A stretch of DNA of 64,000 bases from Curvularia clavata (taxonomy: Eukaryota): contig CP089274.1 in assembly GCA_023920165.1 (NCBI GenBank), positions 4,650,001 through 4,714,000 on the forward strand, given 5' to 3'. Below the pieces are notes generated by a model, which ran no database searches, was not told the DNA's origin, and worked only from the letters and a program-made list of their open reading frames with translations. The position numbers and the translations under genes were made by a program. Shown here in pieces: positions 1 to 12,700 of the stretch. Numbering within the stretch: the first letter of the stretch is position 1; every line of letters starts with the position of its first letter.

Positions 1-1707
1 ATCAAAGGCATGGCGCCGGGTAGCTATTCGGATGACGAGGCCAATGCGGGGACTAGCAAGCCGAAAAAGTCAAAGAAGAAAATCAAGCTTAGTCGGGAAG
101 GTGTATACCCGCAGGAAGAAGTCTTAGTCAAGAAATGGTGGCAGTCCGAATTGCCTGGTGGCGACGCCATGGCTGCAGAGACTATTGACCAACGCATTAA
201 GAGGCGGATTGGCGACTTGCGAGTTCGCGAGACCCTGGCACAACTAATACTCATGCTCGAGATCATCGCACTTGAAGCAATGTCAACGAGCAAAGCGGCT
301 GGTCAGCAGCCTGTAAAAGAAGAGGACCAGGACCAAAGCGAGCAGCCCCCACTGAAGAAGCGCAAGAAGAAACTCGAGGATATCAACGTACAACTGGATC
401 TAGTACTGGATAAACTTTGCATATGGCATGCCACCGAGGAGTTGGGCATTCTAGATTTCGATACTAAGCCATCACAGCATAACGAAGGATTGGATGGAGA
501 CGGTCGCAACCGATCCAGCGATCGCCTACACAGCTTCTGCGTGGAAGTCATCATACCTTTCTACATCAACCGACTTCCCGAGCAGGCGCTGATGGTCAAC
601 AAGAAGCTTGGTGGACCAGCACACAGCTTGCCCTCTAAACGAAAGGCGAACAAGCCGCCCATCACCTCACATAGGTCAAGAGATTCTAAAGAACCCGACG
701 CAAAGAAATCACGGCGGTCATTAGCACGAGTCGCCACAGACAGCACTGGGAAGACGGTTGAGCGGATAACACCATCCCTGGGCCGATCAGCCACAGACTC
801 AGTACTAGTAGAAGGCATCAAAAGAGAAGCAAGCGAGACTCCTCTGTCTGCGATTCCTTTCCGTCGCAGTCCTTCCAAGGGTGCAAGACAATCCATGTCC
901 CAGATCCGACATCTACAGGGGCGTCAAATTGATCTTGCGCAGCCTTCGGCGGCTGCATCAGCAAAGATGAAACAGAAGCAGCGAGTAGAGGAGGACTTGC
1001 AGGAGGCTATCCTAGCACTGAAAAAGCCAAATCGGGGACTAGCTGCTGGCAGTTATGTTACCGAGAGGGAGCAACGTGGTCTCGGGTTGCCGAGCAAGTC
1101 CAGGAAACCAACAGTCACAGTAAGGAAGACGATCAAGGATGTCCAGGTAACCGCGACACCACGGGTCAGCAGGAGGACAAAGAACGTGGTTGAACAGACG
1201 CCTGTGCAGCAGCGCCACGATCCTTTTGTTCGGTCTCCTGGGGAAGAGACACCTCACTCGAGTGCTTTTTGTGTACCATCGTCGGGCGCCCGGCCAAGAC
1301 CTACGATGTTACCTGCAACGGCCCATGCAACGGCCACAGACCTAGCACAGCCTAGCATTGCCGAGACACCATCCAAAGCGCCACAGGGCAGAACCTTTTC
1401 GTCGGAAACGGTGCGGAGGAGAATTTTTGCAACCCCGTTGAAGGCTTCAGCCCCTGATGGGCACAGCAGACTCGATGATGGGCCGTCACACGTGTTCGAG
1501 ACACCAGCCAAAGCCATCGGGAGGTCGCCGCCGCCGGCGGATGAGGCTAAGAGGGCGCCACCAGCTGCTACAACGCCCACAAAGTCGGTTCCGATCTCGA
1601 CTGGTGAGGTCGCTTTGGTAGTGCCGGAACTGGAAGACGATGGAACGGAACCGTCGATATACGAGGCATTGGGATGGAACGATGACGATGACGACGGATT
1701 TGTATAG
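1..1707 (+). CDS. SLD3: DNA replication regulator Sld3, C-terminal portion; gene probably starts upstream of the window
   Basis: ORF 10..1707 contains Sld3-like blocks RETLAQLILMLEIIALE, LDLVLDKLCIWH and FCVEVIIPFYINRLPE, followed by a tail rich in S/T-P (CDK-type) sites. Confidence 0.8.
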   Translation: MKGMAPGSYSDDEANAGTSKPKKSKKKIKLSREGVYPQEEVLVKKWWQSELPGGDAMAAETIDQRIKRRIGDLRVRETLAQLILMLEIIALEAMSTSKAAGQQPVKEEDQDQSEQPPLKKRKKKLEDINVQLDLVLDKLCIWHATEELGILDFDTKPSQHNEGLDGDGRNRSSDRLHSFCVEVIIPFYINRLPEQALMVNKKLGGPAHSLPSKRKANKPPITSHRSRDSKEPDAKKSRRSLARVATDSTGKTVERITPSLGRSATDSVLVEGIKREASETPLSAIPFRRSPSKGARQSMSQIRHLQGRQIDLAQPSAAASAKMKQKQRVEEDLQEAILALKKPNRGLAAGSYVTEREQRGLGLPSKSRKPTVTVRKTIKDVQVTATPRVSRRTKNVVEQTPVQQRHDPFVRSPGEETPHSSAFCVPSSGARPRPTMLPATAHATATDLAQPSIAETPSKAPQGRTFSSETVRRRIFATPLKASAPDGHSRLDDGPSHVFETPAKAIGRSPPPADEAKRAPPAATTPTKSVPISTGEVALVVPELEDDGTEPSIYEALGWNDDDDDGFV

Positions 1708-2387
1708 AAATGCATCTTGTGCGGAGTTTGTTTTTTGTCATTGCTCTGATGGTTCCTGCATTAGCGAACATGGGATGGATGATCTCTGCATAGCAGCACG
1801 GGACACCTTTGTCACGTGTATGGAGGTCTAGCGAGTCGCTGCAGGCGGCGTGGAGCTCGGCCCGAATGCGGTCCGCGTGCGCCTGGTTCTCTTTGCACGG
1901 CGGGCTAGCACTAGGCCTCTTGGAGCGCGTCACCAAGTCGAGGACAGGTCTGCGTGCGCGGCAGGATAATGATTTAGGTTGCTCATTTGGTGTTCCCTTG
2001 CTCGCCGCAGGGATCGCCCCTTGGAGCGGACCTCAATTCCAGCCAGCGTGCCTGGCAGTAAGCGGCTTGCACGTGCGCTCGAGGCTCGGCGTCGCGAATC
2101 ACAGACCGTTGGCTGCTATGGCGCCCGTCCAATTTGCCGACCCCTAATAGTACATGTTAGGATGTGTCTAATCACGCTCAAATTATGAAGATCAAGTCCA
2201 GGCGCCCAGCGTCTTCCGACTCTTGAGTCCTGTCCCACCTGCCCAACCATTGCTTTTGATTCAGGTCTCGCGCAGGAAAAGACGACGCTCCTCCACACGC
2301 CCGCTCGACTCGACGAACATGTTCAACACTGCAGCCAAGCCAACATAAACAGCCTGAGCCCGTTCCGACACCCCCCTGCTCGCTCTC

Positions 2388-4887
2388 ATGGCCGTCACTG
2401 CAGCCTCCCGTCCTGCTCCTCCCCGGGCGCAGCGCTCCCCGACGCTCAGCGATGCAGGCATGATCTTGCCAGCCCTCGACGAGGCCGACTTCGACCGCGC
2501 AACCTCTCCCATTCCGCTCATTGAGCGACCCCCTTCGCCCTCTGACCTGTACCGCCACGCCGAATCCAGTCCTCGCCGATTAAGTTCAGGAGCCCAGAGC
2601 CGGCGCCGCGCCTCACAGCAAATAAGTTTCCCGTCACTATCAGCACAGTCCTCGCTCTCCGCACAGTCCTCACGCTCCACGCTGCGCAACGCAACCGACT
2701 CAGTCGCCTCGTCCAGGAGCATGACTACCCGCGATCACGTCCTGGCCTCGTCGCCCACCATCCACACTGCTCCCAGCAGCCATTCGCCCGGCAGTTGGCG
2801 TGGCCAGGACCAGCGTAAAGTCAGCCCTTCGTCGAGCTCAGTATTTTCCGAGGATTTCGAGCATTGGCCAGGCTTCGACAGCCACGACACGTTTGACGAC
2901 AGTGGCGTAGATCTCGAGGAGCAGGAGAAGCGACACCGCTCAAGGATTGAGGCTGACGGCGGTGCTGACGGCATGGCAGCCAATGTCAGCGACGACGACG
3001 ACGACGATCCTTACTCGTCGGCCGCGCTGAGCAGAAGGGCAGAGATCATCCTGGCCAACGCCAAAAAGAGGTTGAATGTATGTCCCGTCTCCACATTACA
3101 TTGCATTGAGCCATTGCTTACCATAGCAGGTCATGGAGGGAAATCTCCGAGGTGCTCGAGAGTCATTGGTCGTTTCACCCACCTTTAGTTCCAGAGGTTT
3201 GACCGATCTTCCACATCACATGGCGGCCAGCCGCGAACGAGATCGAAGGCTATATGGCGGCATGGGACCAATTCCTCCACGCCTCTCTTCGTACCGACAG
3301 TCGCTACTTACGCCCAGCAGCAATTCTGGCCATTCACGCAATTTGAGCGAAACTTCAGTGCCGCTTCCCTTTACGCCTTCGTACATGACAAGAGTATCGT
3401 CAATCAAGAGGTCATCTAGTGCATTCGGTCATACCAGTGGTCCATGGGCGCCGGAGAGTTATGGTCAAGGACGTTTTCCTATCAAGGAGTCTCGAAGCGT
3501 GGACCACCTTCGCGATCCCCGTTCTACCTGGACCACCTCAGACCGTGACCATGTGGGTGCAAGATCCGCCTCCAGAAGTTCAAAGTCCCCGCCTGTGTTA
3601 GCAACCTTACGAGAGGATGAGGATGGAGCCAGAATACAGCGATCCACGTCGGCAGCTAGCGGCCTTCGTGACCAGATGAACGATCTCAAGGGCAGAATCT
3701 CCAGCCTCAAACTAAAGGCGCAAGAAGATCATCTCCGGCGACGTAGTATGCAGAGTCTCCGCGCACCAAGCCCCTTTACGTCTGCCGATACATGGTACCC
3801 CGGGTCAAGCACACATCCGCCCGAGAGTCCCATCAACCGAACGACTGGTCTAGGCATCACGACTGAAACAGGCACTCGAACTGGACTCTACCCTGAAGTG
3901 GAGGATCGACCAACAAGCGCTACGACGACTACCTCGCAATTGCATGGAGAGAATCTGGTGCGACAGTGCAGGGACCAATCTGACACAGTCCGCGGACATG
4001 GATACTCTGGTCAGCCTTACGAAGAGCGCGAAGGCGATCCTGAAGAGTACGAAGCGTCAGACGTGGAAGATGTCGACGATAGTGACTTTGTGTCCGTCTA
4101 TGGCGAGGATGCAGATGGCGAACCCGAGAGCGTATATGAGGATGCGGTGTACGAGATGCCTACGACGGAGCGACACGAGGACCGGGTAGACGCCTTCGAC
4201 TACGAAACCTTCTTCCTGCACAGCGCCATGGGAACGTACAGTCTGGGAGACCGTCGGTCGAGTACAAGTTCAGGTACTTCGATAGCGACGACTCGACCAG
4301 TGACAGCGGTGCAGACCAGCGAGGAGCTTAGTCAGGCTGAAAAGAGGGTCTCGTTTCACCAACGGAACCCAAGCGTGGATTCGGTGTCGACGGTAGCGAC
4401 ATTTGCCACGGCCGCTGAGGATCAAGATGAGGATGACGACGAAGAAGCCGAGAACGAACAGATGGATCAATTCTCCCAGCAGATCATGTCCAACCAGTCA
4501 CGATTGCTCACTCAGCGCGGTGTTCGCAATGGTCATCTGTCACTCAGGTCTGACTCTGCAATCAACATGCGCAGCGGCAACGGCGTATCGCCTCCTCAGT
4601 CAGGCTTGTCTCGTGGGTCGCCCTCACCGGCAGAGTTTGCCAGTGGTCTCCAAACATCCAAACTCTTTTCTGTTTTGACAGAGAGTTCGCGAGACGAGCC
4701 ACGGATTGCACTCAGCGACGAAGAAACGCAGCTGGTGTATGCCGTTGCTGCTGGGATCCAACACGTGTGCTCGCAGCTGCAAAGCACATACGGTGAGGCA
4801 TACGAGCGCAAGGAATTGCGACGAAGACTTGACGAAGCACGGAAAATCCTTATGGGCGAGGACGCGGTAGAGGGCCAATGCTCGTGA
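2388..4887 (+). CDS. Conserved fungal hypothetical protein, Ser-rich with short coiled coils; 2 exons
   Basis: ORFs 2388..3188 and 3133..4887 join in frame across intron 3078-3129 (GTATGT...CAG), giving ...LANAKKRLN|VMEGNLRGAR... Coiled-coil-like LRDQMNDLKGRISSLK is present. Confidence 0.75.
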
Positions 4888-6767
4888 GAGAGAAGGCACA
4901 CGCACTCAGTTGAATCTCCTTTGTCTTTTTACACTACATGGTAATGTCTAACTCGAATGCTGCGACTTAGCGTAGGTCGGATTTTGTTTACCCACGAGCC
5001 TTGTCGATATCGATATGACGCACAAAAACCCTGTTGGATGTTTCGTCCTCCCATCTGTTTCAGCGTCTGCGTCGCGTTTTATTTCACATTTACCTTTACC
5101 TTTTGTTTCTCTCTCCCTGATTTTATTTTCTTGTTCTATCCCCCCCTATACTTTCTCGTTCTTCTTGGACTTGTTGCTGTTGTTGTTTGACAAGTTGCTT
5201 GGGCAGATTTGCCAGCAACTCTTTTCTGGGAGGCCATGACTATAGATAGCTTCTTTTCCTTTGTTGTATTGATACCCCGGGGCGGCGCGAAGGGGTCACG
5301 AGCTCCGGTGTAGGTGGGCACGTTTTCTTCTCTCTTTTGCTTTTTGTGGCTGCAAGTAAGCCCATAGCTCTGGGCTTGTAGATGTTAGTTTATAGGTGGT
5401 AGGTGGTAGCTCGTGGTCTAGCCGCAGAAGCTTGACACACGGCTGTCATGCATGCACATAGGGCTGCCAAACCAATCTAAAAAATGCTCTGCTAGACACA
5501 CCCAGCACATTGGGCCTGACCGAGAGTGGGTGCTAGCCTCGACTAGAAGTGATCAGAAGGCAGAGGAACCATGGAGTGGAGCGCTGGCGCCAGAATTAGC
5601 CTGCCTCGTGGGCTGGTGACGAGGACAGAGAGGGCGGTAGTGTGCGGTTGACCCCACCGAACTTGCGGCATGGCATCATGCAAAATCCAGTACGCTATGC
5701 GTTGTCCACGTACCACCGCGGCGAAAGCGGCAGCTCGCATGCACGTCTCGTATGGCGAGGATTTACCGCGCTGGGCGAAGGGGTGTTGGCGGGGTGGTTG
5801 GATTGGGCCAAAACGAGAGGCGGGTGGTGGTGAAGACGACTGGCGGTGAAGAGCAGCAGATGGGATGGAAGCATGCCAGCAGCACGAATTACCCACCTCG
5901 GCCTCCGCAATTGGCCCCGGCACAGGGACATGGCTGGGAAGCGTGCTAGGAGCACCACACAGACATGACTACACTCGCGGCATGCAATGCACCCCGGGCC
6001 TAAGCCGCCCATTTTTTTCAACCCAAGCGGAATAACTTGGCTCTGCCGCCCGCTTCGCGCATCGCACCGCGCCCATCGCTCTTTTCCCTGCATCTGATCT
6101 GGCCGGCGCCCTCGACTTTTCTCGTCTCGCCATTCCAGGCACCGCCGTCCCTATCCCCATCCCCAGATTATCCCATCCACCTGGCCCGCAAACACCCCTC
6201 ATTTTTGCACTTTTTTCCCGCCTGCTGGTCCGGGCGCGTGTGTGACGAGGTGGATGAAACGCTCCGCAAGCTCCAACAGGCTTGGTGCGCCCGCTCCATC
6301 TGAGCCTATTTGACACTGATAGCCATTGGCGCAGCGGAAACACTCATCCCACGCCCACACCCTCCACCCAGTCCTTGTGACCACTCGCGACGCCTGCTCC
6401 CCTGCCTCTTCGCCGCTCCCGCTCCAGACCTCTCCCCGCCCGTCGCATAGTCGCCGCTTGTGCTCTGCGCCCAACTTCGATTGCTACATCTCCACTTTGT
6501 CGGGGCGGACCGGGGTGGTTTATGGGCCTGGCCTATCTTTGACATTGTTGCTGTTGCGAATACCACCGCCCACTGTTTACCACACTGCTATTGTCACCAC
6601 TATAACCCGTCGCAGCGAGCCCCTGCAGCACCACATCCTCCGCATCATAACGACGACACCCGCCTTCGCCATCGCCCGCCTGCCGCTCCTCTCTTGCGGT
6701 TTTGCTCGAGCTCTCATGTGCTCACCTCCGCCGTGCTCCTCCCACTTGCGCCTCTCATATTCGCATA

Positions 6768-9700
6768 ATGTCTGCTACCACCTCTCGTCGCGCCGCCGCC
6801 GTCGCGCCATCCGCGAGACAAAAGACCCCGCTGCTTTCGAGGACTGCATCGGCTGAAAGGGTTTGGGACGGATACAACAAGAGTGAAATCTTGGAATTCG
6901 AATTTGCTTGGCCTGCAAGCACCTACTGTGTTGGAAACATGACCTCATGCGATTCGCCAAATGGCTGCACCATGGCCGAATTGATAGAGGATTTAGAGTT
7001 TGCGCTCCAAAGGCTGGACAGCCGCGACTCTGATAATGGAAAATCGTGGCGCGACGATCTCTCGGTATGGCGAAATTGCTTTGTTTGGTCCCTTATCCAC
7101 GTTTTGTTTGGTTACCGCCCCCGCCTCCCAACCTTCACATCGTTGAACCACCCTCGCGTTCGTCCATTCCCTGGCTCCAATCTCTAACTTGTGTCTAGCG
7201 GCCCGCCCTCGCGACCCGATCGTCTGATCTTCTCTCTTCTGCTTCTACGTTTATACTAGAACCATGGAACCGGCCACCGCCGGTCGACGAAGCCCCACCA
7301 CCTTCATATGACGAGTCTATTGCAGACCTACCTCCAGACTATACCTCCACCGATGCGCTGGCCATTGCGCAAACCCCTCATCACTCTCCCTTTCCCTCCC
7401 TCGATTCCTCACCATGCTCTACCGATCCCAGACATCCGCGCCCAAGCAAGAAGCGCTTGACCGGCTCTTCAATCTTCCGCTTGGACATGGAATCGTCGTA
7501 CGTGGACATTGATTTTGGACACTGCGAAACTGGCATCAAATCACACGCAAAAAAGAGCAACAAGCAAAAGGCGGCAGCAAAGAAACCAGCACCCGCTCCT
7601 GTTGAGGAGAAAAAGGAAGAGCCGCCTGCCGGTGGTGATGACAACGGCGGTGATCCTCCCGCAGACGGTGGGGCTGCCGGTGGAGACGGTGGAGATGGAG
7701 GCGACGGAGACAAGGGGAAGAAGAAATCGAAAAAGCAGAGAGAGGAAGAGGAGAGACTGAAGAAGGAGGAGGAAGAGCGCTTAAAGAAAGAGGAAGAGGA
7801 GCGTTTACAGAAGGAAGAAGAGGAACGTCTGGCGAAAGAGGCCGAAGAGGAAGCCGAGCGCAAGAAGAAGGAAGAGGAAGAAGCTGCTGCTGCTGCAGCC
7901 GCCGCCGCAGCAACGACAATTTCCGTGACCAAAGCAGCAGCTGACCTAAGCTGGGCGAATCCGAGCCAGAACACTGATGAGTGGGCCTCACTCGGTGTGG
8001 GAAAGAAGAAGAAGAGCAAAAAGGGGAAGGTTTGTCTTGTTCCGGCTCCTTTAATTATATGTCGCGTGGCGCTAACTCACGATAGACTGCCGAGGCCGTA
8101 CCCCCGCCTCCTCCTGAACCACCTGCCGGACCATCAACAACATTCGACGACATCAACCTCGACGACGGAAGCCCACCAAAAATTGACATGAACAAGAGTG
8201 ATACTAGCGCAACAAAATCTGGATTTGGACTACCTGGACTTAGCAGTTGGGCTTCTGGTTGGGGCTCATCAAACAAATCATCTGGTTGGGGATTAATTGA
8301 CAGTGGCAAGAACGCGACTGCAGACACCGACAACCCCTGGGGCTCCTCGGATAAGAAGAAGAAGAAAGACTCAAACGGATTCGACTTCGATTTTGACGCT
8401 TTCAAGTCCACGCCTCCCGCTGAGGAGAAGCCCGCCGAGGACGATGGCTGGGGCATTGGCTCCGGCACGAAATCTAAAAAGACCAAGAAAGGGGTCTTGA
8501 TAGATGACATCGTGCCTGAGGAGCCTGTTCCTGAACCGGTACCTGAGCCTGCCAAGGAAGATGATCCGTGGGGTGGATGGGATGGCGCTGCTGCTGGTGG
8601 TGTGAAGAAGAAGAAAGGTAAGAAGGGGGCAAAGGAAGAGCCACCGCCACCTCCCCCGGAGCCTGAACCAGAACCCGAGCCAGCTCCAGCTGAGCCTGAA
8701 CCTGAGCCGGAGCCTCCGAAGCCAGAAGTGCCTGCTGTTGACCCATTTGCCGGACTCAGCAAATCTCAAGCGAAGAAGCTTAAGATCAAGTTAGAGAGAG
8801 AGGCTAAAGAGGCCAAGGCACGAGAGGAAGAGGAAGCGGCTAAACGGCAGAAGGAGGAAGAAGAAGCTGCTGAGCTCCGGCGTCAGGAAGAAGAAGAGGC
8901 TGAGCGGAAGCGCATTGAAGAGGAAGAAGCTGAGGCGAAGAGGATCGAGGAAGAAGAGGCTGCAGCTGCCGCCGCAGCCGCCGCAGCCGCCGCAGCCGCA
9001 GCAGAAGCCGAGAAGAAGAAAAAAGAAGACGATCCTTGGGGCGACTGGGGCGCTGCGGCACCAACGACCAAGAAGAAAAAGAAGAAGGGTGCAAAGGAAG
9101 AGATTCCTCCCCCTCCGCCGCCTCCGCCTCCCGAACCTGAAGTCTTGGAACCGGAACCTGTAGAGGAGAAGCCTGTCGATCCCTGGGATGACTGGGGTTC
9201 AGCGGCGCCTACTACTAAGAAGTCCAAGAAGAGTAAGAAGGGTGCCGCTGTCATCGTCGAAGAGCCTCCGCCAGTTGAGCCTGAACCTATTCCAGAACCT
9301 GAACCGGCTCCGCCTCAAGAAGAAGACAAAGGCTCTGATTGGGGCCTCAGCTCGATATGGGGCGGGACAAAGAAAAAGAAGAAGAGCAGTAAAGCAGTTG
9401 AGCTTGAAGCACTGCCTGAGCCTGAGCCAGTCGAGGAGGTTGCGCCTATCCAAGAACCTGAAGATGTCGAAGAACCCGAGGACGCTGAGGACGATTGGGG
9501 TGCGCCATCCTGGAGTAAGAGGAAGAAGAAGGATCCAAAGAAGGATGCTCCGGTCGAAGTACTCGAGGATACCACGACACCCGTTCAGAAGCCTGATGAG
9601 GAAGATCCCTGGGGAAGCGCGGCGTTTAATATCGGCAAGAAGGCCAAGAAGAGCAAGAAAGGTCTTGTTCCACCTAACGTGCCAACGCCCCCAGGAGAGT

Positions 9701-12700
9701 TTGAGCCTGAGCTTCCACCGCCCAAAGAGATCGAAGCGCCTCCACCCGCAGAAGAGGAAGATATCTGGGGTCTTGGTGCTCCCACCTTAAAGAAGAAGAA
9801 GAAAAGGGGCGAGGTTGCCCCGGTTGCCCCGACTGATACCTTTGAGGATCTCATCTCGCTCGATGATCCACCACCTGCTGAGGAGCCTATAGTAGAAGAG
9901 GCGCCGGTGGAGGAGAAGAAGAAGAGCAAGAAGGATAAGGAAAGCAAGTCTGGCAGCATCTGGGGCTCCCTAAGCAGCTCAGCCAAACCTCCCAAGAAGG
10001 AAACTAGTCTGGAGAAGCGAGCTCGCGAGAAACGCGAGAAGAAAGAACGTGAGGAACAGGAGCGCTTGGAGAGGGAAGCTGCTGAGCAAGAGGAGGAAGA
10101 GCGCCTCGCACGAGAAGTCGAAGAAGAGGAGGCTCGCCTGGCTGCAGAGGAAGCTGATGCAGAAGCCGAACGAATCGCGGCAGAAGAGGCAGAAGCGGAA
10201 GAAGCGGAAGCTGCCCGGATCGCTGCAGAGGAGGCCGAGGCCGAGGCCGCTCGAATTGCAGCAGAAGAGGAGGCAGCGAAGATCGCAGCAGCAGAGGCTG
10301 AGGCGGCACGTATCGCAGCAGAAGACGAGGAGAAGAGGAGAAGGAAGAAGCAAGAGGAGGAATCTGCAGGATCGAAGCTTGCAGGATGGGGAGCCAGTAT
10401 CTGGGGATCTTCCAAGAAGAAGGAGAGTACGAAAGAGCGAAGAGCCCGGGAAAAGAAGGAGGAGCAAGAGCGTCTGGAGAGGGAGGCTGCTGAGCAAGCG
10501 GAAAGGGAGCGCCTTGAACGCGAGGAGCAAGAACGCCTTGCGGCTGAGGAAGCCGCACGTCTTGCTGCAGAGGAAGAGGAGCGACTGGCACGTGAAGCTG
10601 CTGAGGCGGCCGAGAGGGCTCAAAGGGAAGCTGAAGAGGCTGAGGCCAGGGCTCGAGAAGAAGCAGAGAGGAGTTCTGGGTGGGGTCTCTTTGGACTTTC
10701 CAAGAAGAAGGAAACTCCCAGACAGAAGCGCGAGCGCGAGGCCAAAGAGAAAGCGGCACTTGAAGAGCAAGAGAGACTTGAGAGAGAGGCAAGGGAAGCT
10801 GCTGAAGCTGAAGCTGCTGAAGCGGAGGCTGCTGAGAAAGCCAGGCTGGAGGCCGAGGAGGCCGAGGCTGAGGCTGCCCGTCTCGCTGCAGAGCAAGCAG
10901 CCGCTGCTGAGCTCATTCCTTCTAAGGAGAAAAAGAAGAAGAAAAAGAGGGGTGTTGTCGAAGAAGCTCCCCCACCCCCTCCACCGCCCCCAGAGCCCCC
11001 CGTGGAGCCCGCAGACGAGGACTTGTTCGACCTCGTTAAAGACGCTGACCCGCACGAACTTTTGGCTGAGCTTGAGAAACCTACCAGGAGAGAGCAAAAG
11101 GCGGCAGCATCTGGTGGCTGGGGCAGCGCCTGGGGCATTTCTCTCCGCAAAAGTGTGATCGACCCCATAACCGATATGCCTGTCAAACCCGACCCAGTAC
11201 CAGAGCCAGAACAAGAGCCTGAGCCTGAACCGGAACCGGAACCTGAGCCAGTCGCCGAGGAGGTACCAGAAGAACCAGAACCTGTCGTTATTGTCGAAGA
11301 GCCACCAAAGAAGCTGTCTAAGGAAGAACGAAGGCTGCTGAAGAAGTCCAAGAAGAGCCGACATGCTGAGCCAGAGCCAGAGCCAGTTCCAGAGCCTATA
11401 CCTGAAGAACCAGAGCCAGAACCAGAACCGGAGTTTGTTGAGATTGTCGAAGCGCCCCCAAAGAAGCTGTCCAAAGAGGAGAGAAGGCTGCTCAAGAAGT
11501 CTAAAAAGTCCAAGCTGGAGGAAGCCCCAATCGTCATTCCTGAGCCTGAACCTGAGCCTGTCGAAGTGGCCGAGGATCGATCCCCTGCACCAGGAGCATT
11601 CCCTGATGACGATGGCGATTTCATGGATTTTGTTGATGCACCGGCGCCACCAGAACCTGAGGAACCTGAGCCTGAACCCGAGCCCGAACCTGAACCTGTG
11701 CATGTGCCTCTTGTCCTCCAAGAACTGAAGAAGCTCAAGAAATCCAAGAAGAGCAGCAAATCTAGAGGCTGGTCGTCCATTGATGAAACTCCTCCACCGC
11801 CACCTCCACCAGTACTCGAAGAGCCTGAACCAGAGCCGGAGCCAGAGCCAGTTCTGGACGAACCCGAGCCTGAGCCAGAAGCAGATCCTGAGCCCGAGCC
11901 CGAACCTGAACCTGTTGTTGTGATTTCTGAAAAGAAGCACAAAAAGTCTAAAAAGAGTAGCAGGACCAAGGCACCGCCGCCTCCGCCTGAGCCAGAACCG
12001 GAACCAGAGCCATTCATAGTCGAAGAAGAACCCGAAGGCGTAGAGGTATTGGATGATGAAGACGCCGCTCCAGCGGACGAAGACGAAGATGCGCCGGCTA
12101 AACTGCCCACTCCACCTCCGGAACCTGCACTTGAACCCAAGACGGTTTCTCCGAAGAAGGAGCGCAATAGAGTCCGCAGTGGAACTACTTCTGGAGCATG
12201 GGGCGGTATGTTCGGGTCCTCCAAACCCAAGAACAGGACAAGATCTGGTGGTGAGGACGGGGCTATCAGGCCCGAAGTGACACGCACAAAATCGCACCGA
12301 CGAACATCCGAAGGGAGAGAGAACGATGTCAAGTCACGATCATCAGGGTCTGACAAGGCGCACGCAGCCAAACCAACAGTGTCACGTTCCAAGACGGCCA
12401 GGGTTTCTACAGGGCTTGGTGGCATGTTTGGCGTTGCGCCGCCCCCGCCGTCGCGCTCTAAGTCACATCGCACTCCAGGCATGAAATCGTCGTCACGCCG
12501 ACCTTCCATCGATCAAGACGCTGCTATGATGTCGCCACCACAGACTGACACTGATGCAAAGATGTCCTCGAAGGCAGCTCGACTCATGGGTGAGAAAGTC
12601 TCGTCGCGCAGGGCCAGCACCAGGGATACTAGAGACAAGGACAGGACTCGAGGTAAGCCACTCCCCGCTAATCACGATGCGTCTCTCATTGGCTGGCCTG

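Noticed and set aside
5200..6760. Several 60-176 aa ORFs upstream of the giant gene
   Set aside because: They have no recognisable domains, and the pyrimidine-rich, promoter/5'-leader-like composition explains them.
9979..12509. Long antisense ORFs (772 aa and 629 aa) and a 369-aa shifted-frame ORF over the giant gene
   Set aside because: They mirror GAG/GAA/CCT/AAG-rich repetitive codons, which rarely create stops in other frames. The translations are low-complexity shadows.
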